NCBI GenBank assembly: GCA_965223705.1
Contig: OZ245015.1
Location: 416,001 to 480,000, forward strand
DNA: 64,000 nt
Direction: 5' to 3'
Source of the DNA: Myxococcota bacterium
Lineage (GTDB): Bacteria > Myxococcota_A > UBA9160 > UBA6930
Positions 7,401 through 16,706 of this stretch are shown piece by piece. The notes beneath the pieces are model-generated. The model worked only from the letters and a program-made list of their open reading frames with translations, ran no database searches and had not been told where the DNA came from. Numbering within the stretch: position 1 is the first letter of the stretch; every line of letters begins with the position of its first letter. A program made the translations under genes and the position numbers.

Positions 7401-9993
7401 GCTCGACGACCGTCGGATCGTCCTCGGGGCCGCGTGTGATCGCGGCAACGCCGCCCAGGCCTTCGATTGGCTGAAGCGGACCGCCGCGTCTCTGCGCGAT
7501 CAACACGAGTGGCCGGCAGTAGCGGCGCTCGAGCTGATCGTTCCGAGCGGAAGCGACGGCGACGCACCGATCGATGCGGAGATCCGGTCCGGTCTGGCAG
7601 AGGGCTTGCCCGCCGCGAGGGTGACCATCACCGAAGTCGAAGCCGGGCGCCCCGACGTGTGCACGACGTTCGTTCCCGACCCTTCGGGCTACGCGGTCGC
7701 GGACGGACTGCACGGCGTTCACCCCGAGGCCGCCGAACGAATCGACCTCGCCCGGTTGGCGCGTTTCGATCTGACCCGTCGCGATGCGCCCGAGGGTCTC
7801 TACGCGTTCTACGCGCGCAGCCGCGAGGTGCCCGAAGACGAACGGGTCTTCGTCCTTGCCGACGTGCGCGGGCGTCGGGCCGACGCGAATCGTCGCGACG
7901 AGATCAATCCCGCGGCTTTTGAGAAGGCGTTCGTCGAAGCGACCCGTGCGATGCGGTCTTTGGTGGCGAGTACCGACACGAAGCGCCGGCTTCTTTGGAA
8001 CCGGATCGGGATCTACTGCGGCCCGCCGGTCCGGCTCGACCCGGAACTGACCTGGGATCTCACGCGTCGCCTCTGGCCGACGACCCGTCGCTTGGGTCTC
8101 GAAAAAGTCGTTGTTCGGGTCGGTCTGATCGAAGATGGGGCTCCCGTTACACCGACCGAATTCGTGATCACCGATATCACCGGTTCGAAGATCGATCTCA
8201 TCCGCCGCGAGCCGCGCACGAGGCCGCTCGAACCGGTGAGCGACTACGAACGGAAAGTCGTGTCGGCCAGAAGCCGGCGCCTCGTCTACCCGTACGAAAT
8301 TATTCGCATGCTGACCGGTAGTGGAGCGGGTGACCCCGGGGCCGGGGCTGCGATTCCCATGGGCGAGTTCGAGGAATACGATCTCGAACCCGGAGAGGGT
8401 CCGCCGCGGCCGCGGCGCGTCTCGGGCCGTCCGTTCGGACTGAATGAAAGCGCAATCGTATTCGGCGTGATCACCGCGCCGACCGACAAACACCCCGAAG
8501 GCCTGACCCGAGTCATCGTCTTGTCCGATCCGACGATCGGCATGGGCGCCCTGGGCGCTCCGGAATGCGACCGCATCGAGGCGGCGATCAACCTCGCGGA
8601 AGACATGGCGGTTCCGCTCGAATGGCTGCCCGTTTCGGCCGGTGCGAAGATCGCCATGGACAGCGGGACCGAGAACCTGGACGCCACCGCCCGCGTCGTG
8701 AAGCGGATCGTCGAATTCACCCAGAGCGGTGGCGCGATCCACCTGATCGTGCAAGGCGTAAACGTCGGCGCGCAGAGCTACTGGAATGCATTGGCGACAA
8801 TGTTGATGCACACCCGCGGCGTTCTCATCATGACGCCCGGCGCATCGATGGTGCTCACCGGTCGCGCGGCGCTAGAAGCTTCGGGAGCCGTCGCCGCAGA
8901 AGATGAAGTCGCGATCGGGGGATTCGAGCGCATCATGGGTCCGAACGGACAAGCGCAGTACTTCGCTTCGGATCTCGCCGACGCGTATCGGATCCTCTAC
9001 CAGCACTATCGATATTCGTACGTCGCCCCGGGAGAACGCGCTCCGCGGCTCCACATGACGAAGGATCGCGACGATCGGTCGCTCCTCGAAGCACCGTGCG
9101 AACCCGACACCGACGGCTTCCGCTCCGTCGGCGAGATTTTCGAGGACGAGACGAACCCCGGGCGGAAGAAGCCGTTCCCGATGCGCTCTGTGATGCAAGC
9201 TCTGGTCGACGAAGACGGAGGGCACCTCGAGCGTTGGAACGCCTGGGTCGGCGGCGAGACGGGTATTGTCTGGGACGCGCACGTGGGCGGCGTCCCGATT
9301 ACGCTCGTCGGAATCGAAAGTCGCAACGTCGACCGCGAAGGCTATCGGCCCCTCGACGGGCCGGCGTCGTGGAGCGGTGGCACGCTGTTTCCGCAGTCGT
9401 CGAAGAAAGTCGCTCGCGCCCTCAACGCGGCGAGCGGAAACCGCCCGGTCGTGGTGCTGGCCAACCTCTCGGGCTTCGACGGTTCACCGGAATCGATGCG
9501 CAAGCTCCAGCTCGAGTACGGCGCGGAAATCGCTCGGGCGGTTGTCAACTTCGACGGGCCGCTGCTGTTCCTCGTGGTTTCGCGCTATCACGGCGGAGCC
9601 TACGTCGTGTTCTCTCAGGAGCTGAATCCGTCGTTGCGCGCGTTCGCGCTCGAGGGTTCTTACGCGTCGGTGATCGGCGGAGGCGCCGCGGCGGCAGTGG
9701 TATTCACGCGCGAAGTTCGAAAGCGCGCGGCGGCGGACGAGCGGGTCACGGGCGCGCGTAGCGAGCTCGCGAGGTCGGGCACGCAACAAGCGCGAGCCCA
9801 GCTCGAGGCAATTACCGAGGAAGTCAGCCTCGAGAAACAGTCCGAGCTCGCGGCGGAGTTCGACGCGGTCCACTCCGTGGCACGAGCGGAACGAGTCGGC
9901 TCTCTCTCGGGCATCGTTTCGCCCAAGGAGATGCGCTCCTTCGTCGTGCGGACGCTGCGCGAAGCGTTGGGCCACGAAGGAACGTCGCGTTGA
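4399..9993 (+). CDS. single-chain multidomain biotin-dependent acyl-CoA carboxylase (BC-BT-BCCP-central region-CT), ~1,864 aa
   Basis: NRGEAA, KASAGGGGRGI, RDCSVQRRFQK, EMNPRLQVEH (BC); EAMKME (biotinyl lysine); two CT halves at the C-terminus; GTG start overlapping PPTase stop. Confidence 0.92.
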   Translation: MTQPIKRDIKLLGIVNRGEAAMRCIRSAKALRAREGSDLQTLALFTQADREAPFVRYADRALRLAEPRGAVAAYLDHDALVRVLSEASVDAVWPGWGFSAEHPEFVDKLAAAGIRFLGPSAEAMRRLGDKIASKELAESVDVPVTAWSGGALADYEAGRVAAERVGYPLVVKASAGGGGRGIRFVNAPEDLEEAMRSAGSEAVTAFGDGRLFLESAVRTGRHIEVQILADQHGHVFALGSRDCSVQRRFQKVLEEAPPPGLAPEVQKGLLEAAVRIASSVGYSGAGTVEFLVDGDRYYFLEMNPRLQVEHGITEEITGLDLVELQIRVARGEDLGDLSFRQQGHAIEARVCAEDPDAGFIPSPGRIARFDPVLGPKVRIDTGVAPGTDVPDAFDSLIAKVITKGDDRHESTSRLRAALADFDLVIEGGATNKGYLLEVLEDPEYQAGGVDVGWLDRFGEAKRPTREHAAPALVAASILTYQYGRNLARLNFFADASNPSPDRVPASVGQEVDLSYAGEQYPLEVYALGGWRYRVYSEGSFITATLREEGPHRARLEIGDTVLPILYDTTEAGLRIEVAGLAHQFGWQTVGQVRAATPAMVIGVHVSVGDRVDSGQPLGILEAMKMEIGFDAPVAGVVTDVGVRAGQQVKAGEVLLVIDPVDDAGESVATTRISLPEVADPLALLFGGEKELGSPDLARAASSEGAERHAALASVREELSRVILGYDINPTRAVRLIEFLEAPVDESLPAVFLKELAEIADMLAVAADIEQLFVRSPRASVSGELGPSNSARFRMFVRRLRAGGSGIAPEFLELVSKALAHYGIEALEHSDALERAVLRLIASQAPNPKRQEIVSALIRQAVALTRAGVPLVDNWPLADALSRLSDMRGLVSDAVADAAIDARYEIFERPGIDARLAETGRELDAWLAAAETEATEPPQGVLRDLADAPRLVFDRIGGAVADPDPRRRGLALEAHLRRFYTPVGFASRVATVHGGVSILRAELDDRRIVLGAACDRGNAAQAFDWLKRTAASLRDQHEWPAVAALELIVPSGSDGDAPIDAEIRSGLAEGLPAARVTITEVEAGRPDVCTTFVPDPSGYAVADGLHGVHPEAAERIDLARLARFDLTRRDAPEGLYAFYARSREVPEDERVFVLADVRGRRADANRRDEINPAAFEKAFVEATRAMRSLVASTDTKRRLLWNRIGIYCGPPVRLDPELTWDLTRRLWPTTRRLGLEKVVVRVGLIEDGAPVTPTEFVITDITGSKIDLIRREPRTRPLEPVSDYERKVVSARSRRLVYPYEIIRMLTGSGAGDPGAGAAIPMGEFEEYDLEPGEGPPRPRRVSGRPFGLNESAIVFGVITAPTDKHPEGLTRVIVLSDPTIGMGALGAPECDRIEAAINLAEDMAVPLEWLPVSAGAKIAMDSGTENLDATARVVKRIVEFTQSGGAIHLIVQGVNVGAQSYWNALATMLMHTRGVLIMTPGASMVLTGRAALEASGAVAAEDEVAIGGFERIMGPNGQAQYFASDLADAYRILYQHYRYSYVAPGERAPRLHMTKDRDDRSLLEAPCEPDTDGFRSVGEIFEDETNPGRKKPFPMRSVMQALVDEDGGHLERWNAWVGGETGIVWDAHVGGVPITLVGIESRNVDREGYRPLDGPASWSGGTLFPQSSKKVARALNAASGNRPVVVLANLSGFDGSPESMRKLQLEYGAEIARAVVNFDGPLLFLVVSRYHGGAYVVFSQELNPSLRAFALEGSYASVIGGGAAAAVVFTREVRKRAAADERVTGARSELARSGTQQARAQLEAITEEVSLEKQSELAAEFDAVHSVARAERVGSLSGIVSPKEMRSFVVRTLREALGHEGTSR

Positions 9994-10817
9994 AGCGCCG
10001 CAAGAAAGGCGGCAAGAATCGCGCGTTGCGAAAAGGACGACGCGCAGGCCCGACCCGCTTGAAGCCGGACGAGATCGGCAAGATGCGCGCGGCGGGTCGC
10101 TTGGCGGCGGACTTGTTGGACGACATCGCGTCGATGATCGAGCCGGGGGTGAGCACCGGCGCGATCGATCGACGTGTCGCGGAGCGCACCACCGCCGCCG
10201 GGGCGGTCTCCGCGCCTCTCGGTTACCGGGGATTCCCGCGGCACTGCTGTACTTCGATCAACGATGTCGTGTGCCACGGAATTCCCGACGAAGAGCGCGA
10301 GCTCAAGGACGGCGACATCGTGAACGTCGATGTGACGCCGATCCTCGACGGTTATCACGGCGACAGCTCTCGCACGTTTATCGTCGGAGACGCCGCGCCG
10401 GTCGCGCGGAAGCTCGTCAACGCGACGTACCGGTGTCTATGGTTGGGTATTCGAGCCGTGAAGCCCGGGTGTCGCACCGGAGACATCGGCCATGCCATTC
10501 AGTCTTTCGCGGAAGCGGAGGGCTATTCCGTGGTTCGGGAGTTCACTGGCCACGGCATCCACACGATCTTCCACACAGCGCCTACGATCTTTCACTACGG
10601 GAGCCCGGGCCACGGCGAGGAGCTGCTTCCCGGGATGTCCTTCACCATCGAGCCCATGATCAATCTGGGTCACTGGAAGACGCAGATCCTCGATGACGGC
10701 TGGACTGCCGTCACACAGGACGGAACCCTTTCGGCGCAGTTCGAGCACACGGTCGTCGTCGGTGACGACGGTGTCGAAGTGATGACCTTGGGCGAGTCGG
10801 AGACCCCGCCCCTCTAG
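9990..10817 (+). CDS. map: methionine aminopeptidase type I
   Basis: CTSINDVVCHGIP, DIVNVDVT, GYHGDSSRT, GHGI, FTIEPMIN, SAQFEHT. Confidence 0.95.
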   Translation: MKRRKKGGKNRALRKGRRAGPTRLKPDEIGKMRAAGRLAADLLDDIASMIEPGVSTGAIDRRVAERTTAAGAVSAPLGYRGFPRHCCTSINDVVCHGIPDEERELKDGDIVNVDVTPILDGYHGDSSRTFIVGDAAPVARKLVNATYRCLWLGIRAVKPGCRTGDIGHAIQSFAEAEGYSVVREFTGHGIHTIFHTAPTIFHYGSPGHGEELLPGMSFTIEPMINLGHWKTQILDDGWTAVTQDGTLSAQFEHTVVVGDDGVEVMTLGESETPPL

Positions 10818-10823
10818 GCACGG

Positions 10824-12017
10824 CTAGGGGTTTCGGATCAGGTCGAACAAGCGCTCCAAGGCCTCGAAGAGCTCCGCGTCGGGAATGTTCAGTGACGGGA
10901 AGAAGCGGAGCACGTTGCCCGCGGTGACGTTCACGAGAACGCCTCGCTCGACGGCGCGGAGCGGCAGCGCGCCGGCGCGCTCGGCGTCCGCAAGAACCAG
11001 CGCCCGCAGCAAACCGCGCCCCCGGGTGCCCGTTGCCAGGTGCGGGTGGGCGCTTACGAACGCGGCGAGCTTTTGATCGAGCAACCCACCGAGGCGCGCC
11101 GCGTTCTCGACGAGCTTGTCCTCCTCCATCACGCGCAGAACCGCATTCGCGGCGGCTGCGGCGACCGGGTTGCCGATGTAGGTGCCGCCGTGTTCGCCCG
11201 GAGCGGCGGTTTGTGCCACCGCCTCGGTGCACATGAACGCGGCGACGGGGAAGCCGCCGCCGAGCCCCTTGCCGAGCGTCAACACGTCGGGGACGACGCC
11301 TTCGTGTTCGAGAGCGAGCCAGGTGCCGGTGCGGCCGATACCGGTTTGGATCTCATCGAGTACGAGGAGTGCGCCGTTTCCATGGCACGCTTCCGCGACA
11401 CCCGCGATGTAGCCCGCCGGCGGAACGTTGACGCCGCCCTCGCCTTGAACCGGTTCGACGACGAAAGCCGCGGTGTCCTCATCGATCGCGGCCCGCGCCG
11501 CGTCGAGATCACCGAACGGCACGATCGTCGTCTTGTTGAGAAGGGGCTCAAAGGGCGCGCGGTGCTTGTCTTGCCCGATCAGCGAAAGTGCGCCGAGGGT
11601 GCGTCCGTGGAATGAATTCTCGGCGGCGATGAACTTCGAGCGGCCCGTCGCGCGGTGAGACAATTTCACCGCGCCTTCGATGGCTTCGGTACCGCTGTTG
11701 GTCATGAAGGTCCGCGTGATCTCGGCGGGGGTGATCGCGTCGAGCTTCTCGATCAGGTCGAGCTGCGGCAGCGTGTAGAACAAGTTCGTCGTTTGCATGA
11801 GGGTGCCCGCCTGTTGCGACACCGCTTCGACGAGCGCGGGATGGCAGTGGCCGATGGCGGTGACGCCCCAGCCCGCCGTGAGATCGATGTACTCCTTGCC
11901 GTCGACGTCTTTGACGATCGAACCCGAGCCCGAAGCAATGGCTACGGGGAGGCGGTTCACGACGGGCAGGAAATGTTTGGCTTCGCGCTCGCGGACGGAA
12001 TCGAGAGAGACGGACAC
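10824..12017 (-). CDS. argD: acetylornithine aminotransferase (class III PLP-dependent)
   Basis: NSGTEAIEGAVK, SFHGRTLGAL, EPVQGEGG, DEIQTGIGRTG, LGKGLGGG, HGGTYIGNP. Confidence 0.85.
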   Translation of the reverse strand: MSVSLDSVREREAKHFLPVVNRLPVAIASGSGSIVKDVDGKEYIDLTAGWGVTAIGHCHPALVEAVSQQAGTLMQTTNLFYTLPQLDLIEKLDAITPAEITRTFMTNSGTEAIEGAVKLSHRATGRSKFIAAENSFHGRTLGALSLIGQDKHRAPFEPLLNKTTIVPFGDLDAARAAIDEDTAAFVVEPVQGEGGVNVPPAGYIAGVAEACHGNGALLVLDEIQTGIGRTGTWLALEHEGVVPDVLTLGKGLGGGFPVAAFMCTEAVAQTAAPGEHGGTYIGNPVAAAAANAVLRVMEEDKLVENAARLGGLLDQKLAAFVSAHPHLATGTRGRGLLRALVLADAERAGALPLRAVERGVLVNVTAGNVLRFFPSLNIPDAELFEALERLFDLIRNP

Positions 12018-12084
12018 GGTTACCTCCAGGGCCCCTCATGATACCCTGCGCGCCGGCTCGGCAACTCGCCGAAAGGGAGGGCGC

Positions 12085-12465
12085 ATGGCTGGCAACGGAG
12101 CGACAACGGATACGGACGTCATCGTACTCGAGGGCATCGAGATTCCCGCGGCTCTCGGGGTCTCAGCCGCCGAGCGCAAGATGCGGCGGCCCGTCTTGAT
12201 CGATCTCGAAGTGGAGCGCGACCTGCGCGCGGCGGGGCTGAGCGATCGCATCGGCGACACGGTGAACTACGAACGGATCTTCCAGGCCATCGAAGAAGTG
12301 GCGACGGAGCGCGAGCATCGGTTGGTCGAGGCCCTCGCCGAGCGTGTAGCGGCGCGCCTGCTCGCCGACTTCGCGATCGATGCAGTGACGGTCTCGGCCC
12401 GAAAATCGAAGCCCATCGCGGGTGTCCTGGATCACGCCGGGGTGTGTATCCGCCGCGAGCGCTAG
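12085..12465 (+). CDS. folB: dihydroneopterin aldolase
   Basis: GVSAAER, SDRIGDTVNY, LVEALAE and the catalytic K; GGAGG SD. Confidence 0.88.
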   Translation: MAGNGATTDTDVIVLEGIEIPAALGVSAAERKMRRPVLIDLEVERDLRAAGLSDRIGDTVNYERIFQAIEEVATEREHRLVEALAERVAARLLADFAIDAVTVSARKSKPIAGVLDHAGVCIRRER

Positions 12466-13262
12466 GCGGGGTTTCGCGGCGCGCGGTGCCTCACGAGGAA
12501 ACGGGTCACCGCTTCGTTCCAGGCGTCCGCCGCTTCGACGTTCACCGCATGACCCGCTTCGAGATCGACGGCCACGAGCTCGGGCACTTCGGCAACGGCC
12601 CAATCGCGGCGTTCGAGGAAGCGCTCTTCGAATTTCCCGCAGGTGAGCAGCGTCGGCACGGTGTTTCTGCACATCCGTTTCCCGAGCGGACTCGAGAGGG
12701 CAGTCTCCGTCGTCGTCAGCGCCACTCCGAGGGGATCGCATCGATCGAGGTCCCGGCAGAGACCGTCGCGCATCTCGGGGTCGAGGCGACGGCTGTTTCT
12801 CGGGTGGATCGGCATCGCTTCGATCGCCTCGCGCCCGCGGAGTTTGACATCGGCCAAGATCGGCCCCATGGCACGGCGCGTCGCCTCGATCCAAGACGGC
12901 GTCGCGAACGCCGACATCGAGTTTGTCACGACGTGGGAGAGCACGCGGGCGGGGTGGGTGAGCGCATATTCGAACGTCAGGCGGGCGCCGAGCGAGTACC
13001 CCACCAGATGCCACGCCGAGGCGCCGAGCTCATTGCGAATCGCTTCGAGAGCCTCGGCGTAGCTTCCCGGGTAGTAGGCCTCGGGCGCTTCCGGTGAAGG
13101 CGAGCCGCCGTGTCCGAACAGCTCCACCAGGACCGGGCGCCCGACTTTCGAAAGCGCAGGAAGATTCGGCGCCCACTGACGGTTGCTCGACAACGCGCCG
13201 TGGATCAGCACGATCGGCGGGCCGGCTCCGTCTCTCACTTCGTAAGCGGGGTGCAGCGCCAT
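12462..13262 (-). CDS. alpha/beta hydrolase (MenH-like)
   Basis: LIHG, LFGHGGS, GYSLGAR nucleophile elbow, AGHAVN. Confidence 0.8.
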   Translation of the reverse strand: MALHPAYEVRDGAGPPIVLIHGALSSNRQWAPNLPALSKVGRPVLVELFGHGGSPSPEAPEAYYPGSYAEALEAIRNELGASAWHLVGYSLGARLTFEYALTHPARVLSHVVTNSMSAFATPSWIEATRRAMGPILADVKLRGREAIEAMPIHPRNSRRLDPEMRDGLCRDLDRCDPLGVALTTTETALSSPLGKRMCRNTVPTLLTCGKFEERFLERRDWAVAEVPELVAVDLEAGHAVNVEAADAWNEAVTRFLVRHRAPRNPA

Positions 13263-13383
13263 GGCCCGAAGGGTGTAGCACCGCGCTCTTCGCCCCGCGG
13301 GAAGAGCGCGTCTTCCGTTGCCCGGGGGTCCCAACTACCATCGCGGCGACGACTCGCCCATGCCACACCGGAGGACACCCCCG

Positions 13384-13761
13384 TTGATCCAGTTCGATCG
13401 CGAGAATTTCCGCCAAGCGTTGAATGCCGACGGAGAGTTCTCCGTGAGCGCCGAGTTTTGGGACGCCGATCTGCACCTGGGCCTGGGTGATTTCACGTCG
13501 CTCGTGAAGATCCGCGACGGGCAAGTCGCGGAGATCCGCGAGACGAAGGAAATCGAGCAGAGCGACATCGTGTTGCAAGGGCCCGAGTCCGAGTGGAAGA
13601 AGGCGCTCGAGGCCGTCCCCGAGCCCTACTACCACCATATTTTTTCCGCCGTCTGTTTCCACGACATCTCGTGGGGCGGCGATGTCGAAGGCGCCATGGC
13701 GTACCTCGGCGCACTGAACCGGATGGTCGATCTCCTGCGCGAACACGCGCAGGTTTCCTAG
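13384..13761 (+). CDS. small hypothetical protein, possibly SCP2/sterol-carrier-like fold
   Basis: Coding-like codon usage, GAGG SD before TTG; pattern (NADxEF...LVKIRDGQV...DIVLQG...W) reminiscent of SCP2-like proteins. Confidence 0.6.
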   Translation: MIQFDRENFRQALNADGEFSVSAEFWDADLHLGLGDFTSLVKIRDGQVAEIRETKEIEQSDIVLQGPESEWKKALEAVPEPYYHHIFSAVCFHDISWGGDVEGAMAYLGALNRMVDLLREHAQVS

Positions 13762-13769
13762 GAGCTTCC

Positions 13770-14615
13770 ATGGCGCGAATCGAAGAAGTGGTCGGACGCT
13801 ACGTATACGTCGAGCTCGACGGCGTCGAATATCGGGTCTACTACGAAGAGGCCGGGCAGGGGATCCCGCTTCTCTGCCAGCACACCGCGGGTTCGGACGG
13901 TCGCCAGTGGCGCCATTTGCTGGCGGATTCGGAAATCACGGAGAACTTCCGCGTGATTGCGTGGGACCTGCCCTACCACGGGAAATCCGTACCGCCGGAT
14001 GGCGTCGATTGGTGGAAGCGGGACTACAAGCTCGAGCGCCACTGGTTCATGAAATTCGTGTTGGAGTTCGCGCGTGCCCTCGACATCGAGCGGCCCGTAT
14101 TCATGGGCTGTTCGATGGGCGGTCAGCTGGCCATCGACCTGGCGTTCCACCACCCCGCGTCGTTTCGCGCAGTCGTGGGCATCGAGTCCGGACTCGACAG
14201 CGGCGATTTCGACGCTTCCTACTTCAACCACCCGAGGATCAGCAACGCGAACAAGGGCAACATGATGATGAGCATCATGTCCCCGATGAGCCCCGAGCAC
14301 CGTCGGCGCGAGACGGCGTGGTGCTACGCCCAGGGTGGTCCTCCGGTGTTCCGAGGGGACTTGAACTACTACTTCGAGTACGACCTGAACGACAAGGCGC
14401 GCCAGATCAACACTGACGAAGTGCCGATCTATCTACTCACCGGTGAGTACGACTGGTCGGTCACGCCGGAGATGACGAAGGCACTGGTGGCCGAGGTTCC
14501 AGGCGCGACGTTCAAGACCATGGAAAAAGTCGGGCACTTCCCGATGAGCGAAAACCCCGAGGTCTTCAAGGAATATCTGATGCCCTACCTCGACGAGATC
14601 CGCGGGGCCGCTTAA
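13770..14615 (+). CDS. alpha/beta hydrolase
   Basis: HTAG, DLPYHGKS, GCSMGG, GEYD, GHFPMSENP. Confidence 0.87.
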   Translation: MARIEEVVGRYVYVELDGVEYRVYYEEAGQGIPLLCQHTAGSDGRQWRHLLADSEITENFRVIAWDLPYHGKSVPPDGVDWWKRDYKLERHWFMKFVLEFARALDIERPVFMGCSMGGQLAIDLAFHHPASFRAVVGIESGLDSGDFDASYFNHPRISNANKGNMMMSIMSPMSPEHRRRETAWCYAQGGPPVFRGDLNYYFEYDLNDKARQINTDEVPIYLLTGEYDWSVTPEMTKALVAEVPGATFKTMEKVGHFPMSENPEVFKEYLMPYLDEIRGAA

Positions 14616-15226
14616 GCGCCCGCCAGCGCCGCAAGCCCTTCGGGATCGCTCGACGGCGTGCCGGCCGCCCAGCCGTCGTCGCGTCGACTGATCGTCGTGA
14701 CTTCGCCGAGCTCCGGCGCGCCTTCCGGCAGCGCTTCGCCGAGAAGCTCCTCGACAATCACGCGAATCACGCCCTTGTGGAGAACCAGCAGGGCACTCGT
14801 GGCGCGCTCTTGCAGCAGCTCGTTCAGCCCGGCGACGACCCGCGCCTTGAACGCGGGGCGCGCTTCCCCGCTCGGATACGCGAACGTGTCGGCTCCCTCC
14901 TGCCACTCCGCGTAGCGAGTCGGATCGGTGTCGCGGATTTCGTCCGCGGTAAAGCCTTCCCAGCGGCCGAAGTCGACCTCCCGAAACGCGTGATACAGCC
15001 GGACCTGGGAGCCGCGACCCGCAATCGCTGCGCTCTTCCAGGAGCGCTGCAGTGGGCTCGCGACCACGATATCCGTCGGCCATGACGACAGATGGCCCGC
15101 GACCTCGCGCATCTGAGCGCGCCCTTCGGCGGACAGGTCGACGTCCGTGCTCCCGAAGTAGCGGATGCTCGATTGGCCCTCCGTCTCGCCGTGTCGAACC
15201 AGTACCAAGCGCCGAAGCGTCGTCAT
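14612..15226 (-). CDS. histidine phosphatase family protein (CobC/GpmB-like)
   Basis: LVRHGET, SPLQR, EVDFGRWEG, LHKGVIR. Confidence 0.87.
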   Translation of the reverse strand: MTTLRRLVLVRHGETEGQSSIRYFGSTDVDLSAEGRAQMREVAGHLSSWPTDIVVASPLQRSWKSAAIAGRGSQVRLYHAFREVDFGRWEGFTADEIRDTDPTRYAEWQEGADTFAYPSGEARPAFKARVVAGLNELLQERATSALLVLHKGVIRVIVEELLGEALPEGAPELGEVTTISRRDDGWAAGTPSSDPEGLAALAGA

Positions 15227-15332
15227 CCGTGGTCTCCGCCTCCGTGATTGCGGGGCCAAACCATGGGCTAAGGCGCGGGAGTCGTCAAACCCGATAAGAA
15301 CAGGCGCTACCATCCCACCGGGGAGGATTCTT

Positions 15333-16706
15333 GTGACGCTGCGTGGCCTCATTCTCGTTCTGTTGGCGGTTCTGCTTGTGGGCTTGATGGGTCTCACATA
15401 CCACCGCTGCGAGCCGGAATCGCCCATCGTTCTCGCCCCGGAAACCCTCGTCATCGGCAAAGCGCCCCAAGAGATCCGTATCCAGGTCGAAGATGCGGGG
15501 AGCGGGCTCCGCCAGGTCTCGGCGACGCTGCGCCACGCCGACGGCGAAGCCGAGATGGACGCGAAGTTCTTCCCCGGAAAGCTCTTGAGCGGGTCGGGTG
15601 AAAACCGCACGGAAATCGCCGTGGAAATCGATGCCGAGGCGCTGGCACTTCCCGAAGGCGAAGCGTTTCTAGACGTCGTGGCCCGCGATTGGTCGTGGCG
15701 AGATTGGCTCCGCGGCAACGAAACGCGGCACACCACGCCCGTCCGAATCGATCTGCGCGCGCCTCGGGTGTTCGTCGAAAGCGGGCTGACGTACGTGCGC
15801 CGCGGAGGCGCGGCGGCCGTTGTGTACTCCATCGACGAGGCCGCCGCGCGCGACGGTGTCGTCGTCGATGACGTGTTCTTCCCCGGGTACCCGTTCCCGG
15901 TCGATCGATCGTCTCCCCCGGAAGAGCGAGCGGGCGCCGGCAGACGCTTCGCCCTCTTTGCCATTCCTCGGGACGCGGCGGAAACCCCGAAGGTGCGCGT
16001 CATCGGTGAGGACGACGCCGGAAACCAAAGTGTGGCGACTTTCCCCGCCCGCGTTCAGGAGCGCTCTTTCGAAGACGTTCGCATCAACCTTCCCCAGAGC
16101 TTTCTCGATTCGAAAGTCCCGCAACTCGCAGAGAAAGTGGACGTCGGCTTGGGAGACGGTCCGATTTCGGCGTTTCAAAGAATCAACCGAGACGTCCGCG
16201 CTGCGAACGAGCAGCGGATCGATGAGATCGTCGCAAATTCGGCAACCGCGCCGCTCTGGAACGGCCGCTTTCGTCAGATGAAAAACTCGGCGGTGACGAG
16301 TCGGTTCGCCGAGCACCGGACCTACTTTTTCTCCGGCGAGTCCGTTTCCGAGGCCGTCCACTACGGCTACGACCTGGCTTCCACATCGCTCGCGCCGGTC
16401 GCCGCTTCCAACGCGGGACGCGTGATCTTCGCCGACGAGCTCGGCATTTACGGGAACTGCGTCATCGTCGACCACGGCCTGGGGCTTTCGACGCTCTACG
16501 CACACTTGTCTCGCATCGATGTCGCCGTCGGTGACGATCTCGAAAAAGGTCAGGAGCTCGGTCGCTCGGGCGAAACCGGTCTCGCGGGCGGCGATCACCT
16601 CCATTTCGCGATCATGGTCGCCGGAACGTATGTCGATCCCAAGGAGTGGTGGGATCCTCGCTGGGTCCGCGACCACATCGAGGCGCGTCTCAAGCCCAAG
16701 CCTTGA
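15333..16706 (+). CDS. M23 family peptidoglycan metallopeptidase with N-terminal membrane anchor
   Basis: HYGYD, YAHLS, GDHLHF motifs; hydrophobic N-terminus; GGAGG SD. Confidence 0.88.
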   Translation: MTLRGLILVLLAVLLVGLMGLTYHRCEPESPIVLAPETLVIGKAPQEIRIQVEDAGSGLRQVSATLRHADGEAEMDAKFFPGKLLSGSGENRTEIAVEIDAEALALPEGEAFLDVVARDWSWRDWLRGNETRHTTPVRIDLRAPRVFVESGLTYVRRGGAAAVVYSIDEAAARDGVVVDDVFFPGYPFPVDRSSPPEERAGAGRRFALFAIPRDAAETPKVRVIGEDDAGNQSVATFPARVQERSFEDVRINLPQSFLDSKVPQLAEKVDVGLGDGPISAFQRINRDVRAANEQRIDEIVANSATAPLWNGRFRQMKNSAVTSRFAEHRTYFFSGESVSEAVHYGYDLASTSLAPVAASNAGRVIFADELGIYGNCVIVDHGLGLSTLYAHLSRIDVAVGDDLEKGQELGRSGETGLAGGDHLHFAIMVAGTYVDPKEWWDPRWVRDHIEARLKPKP

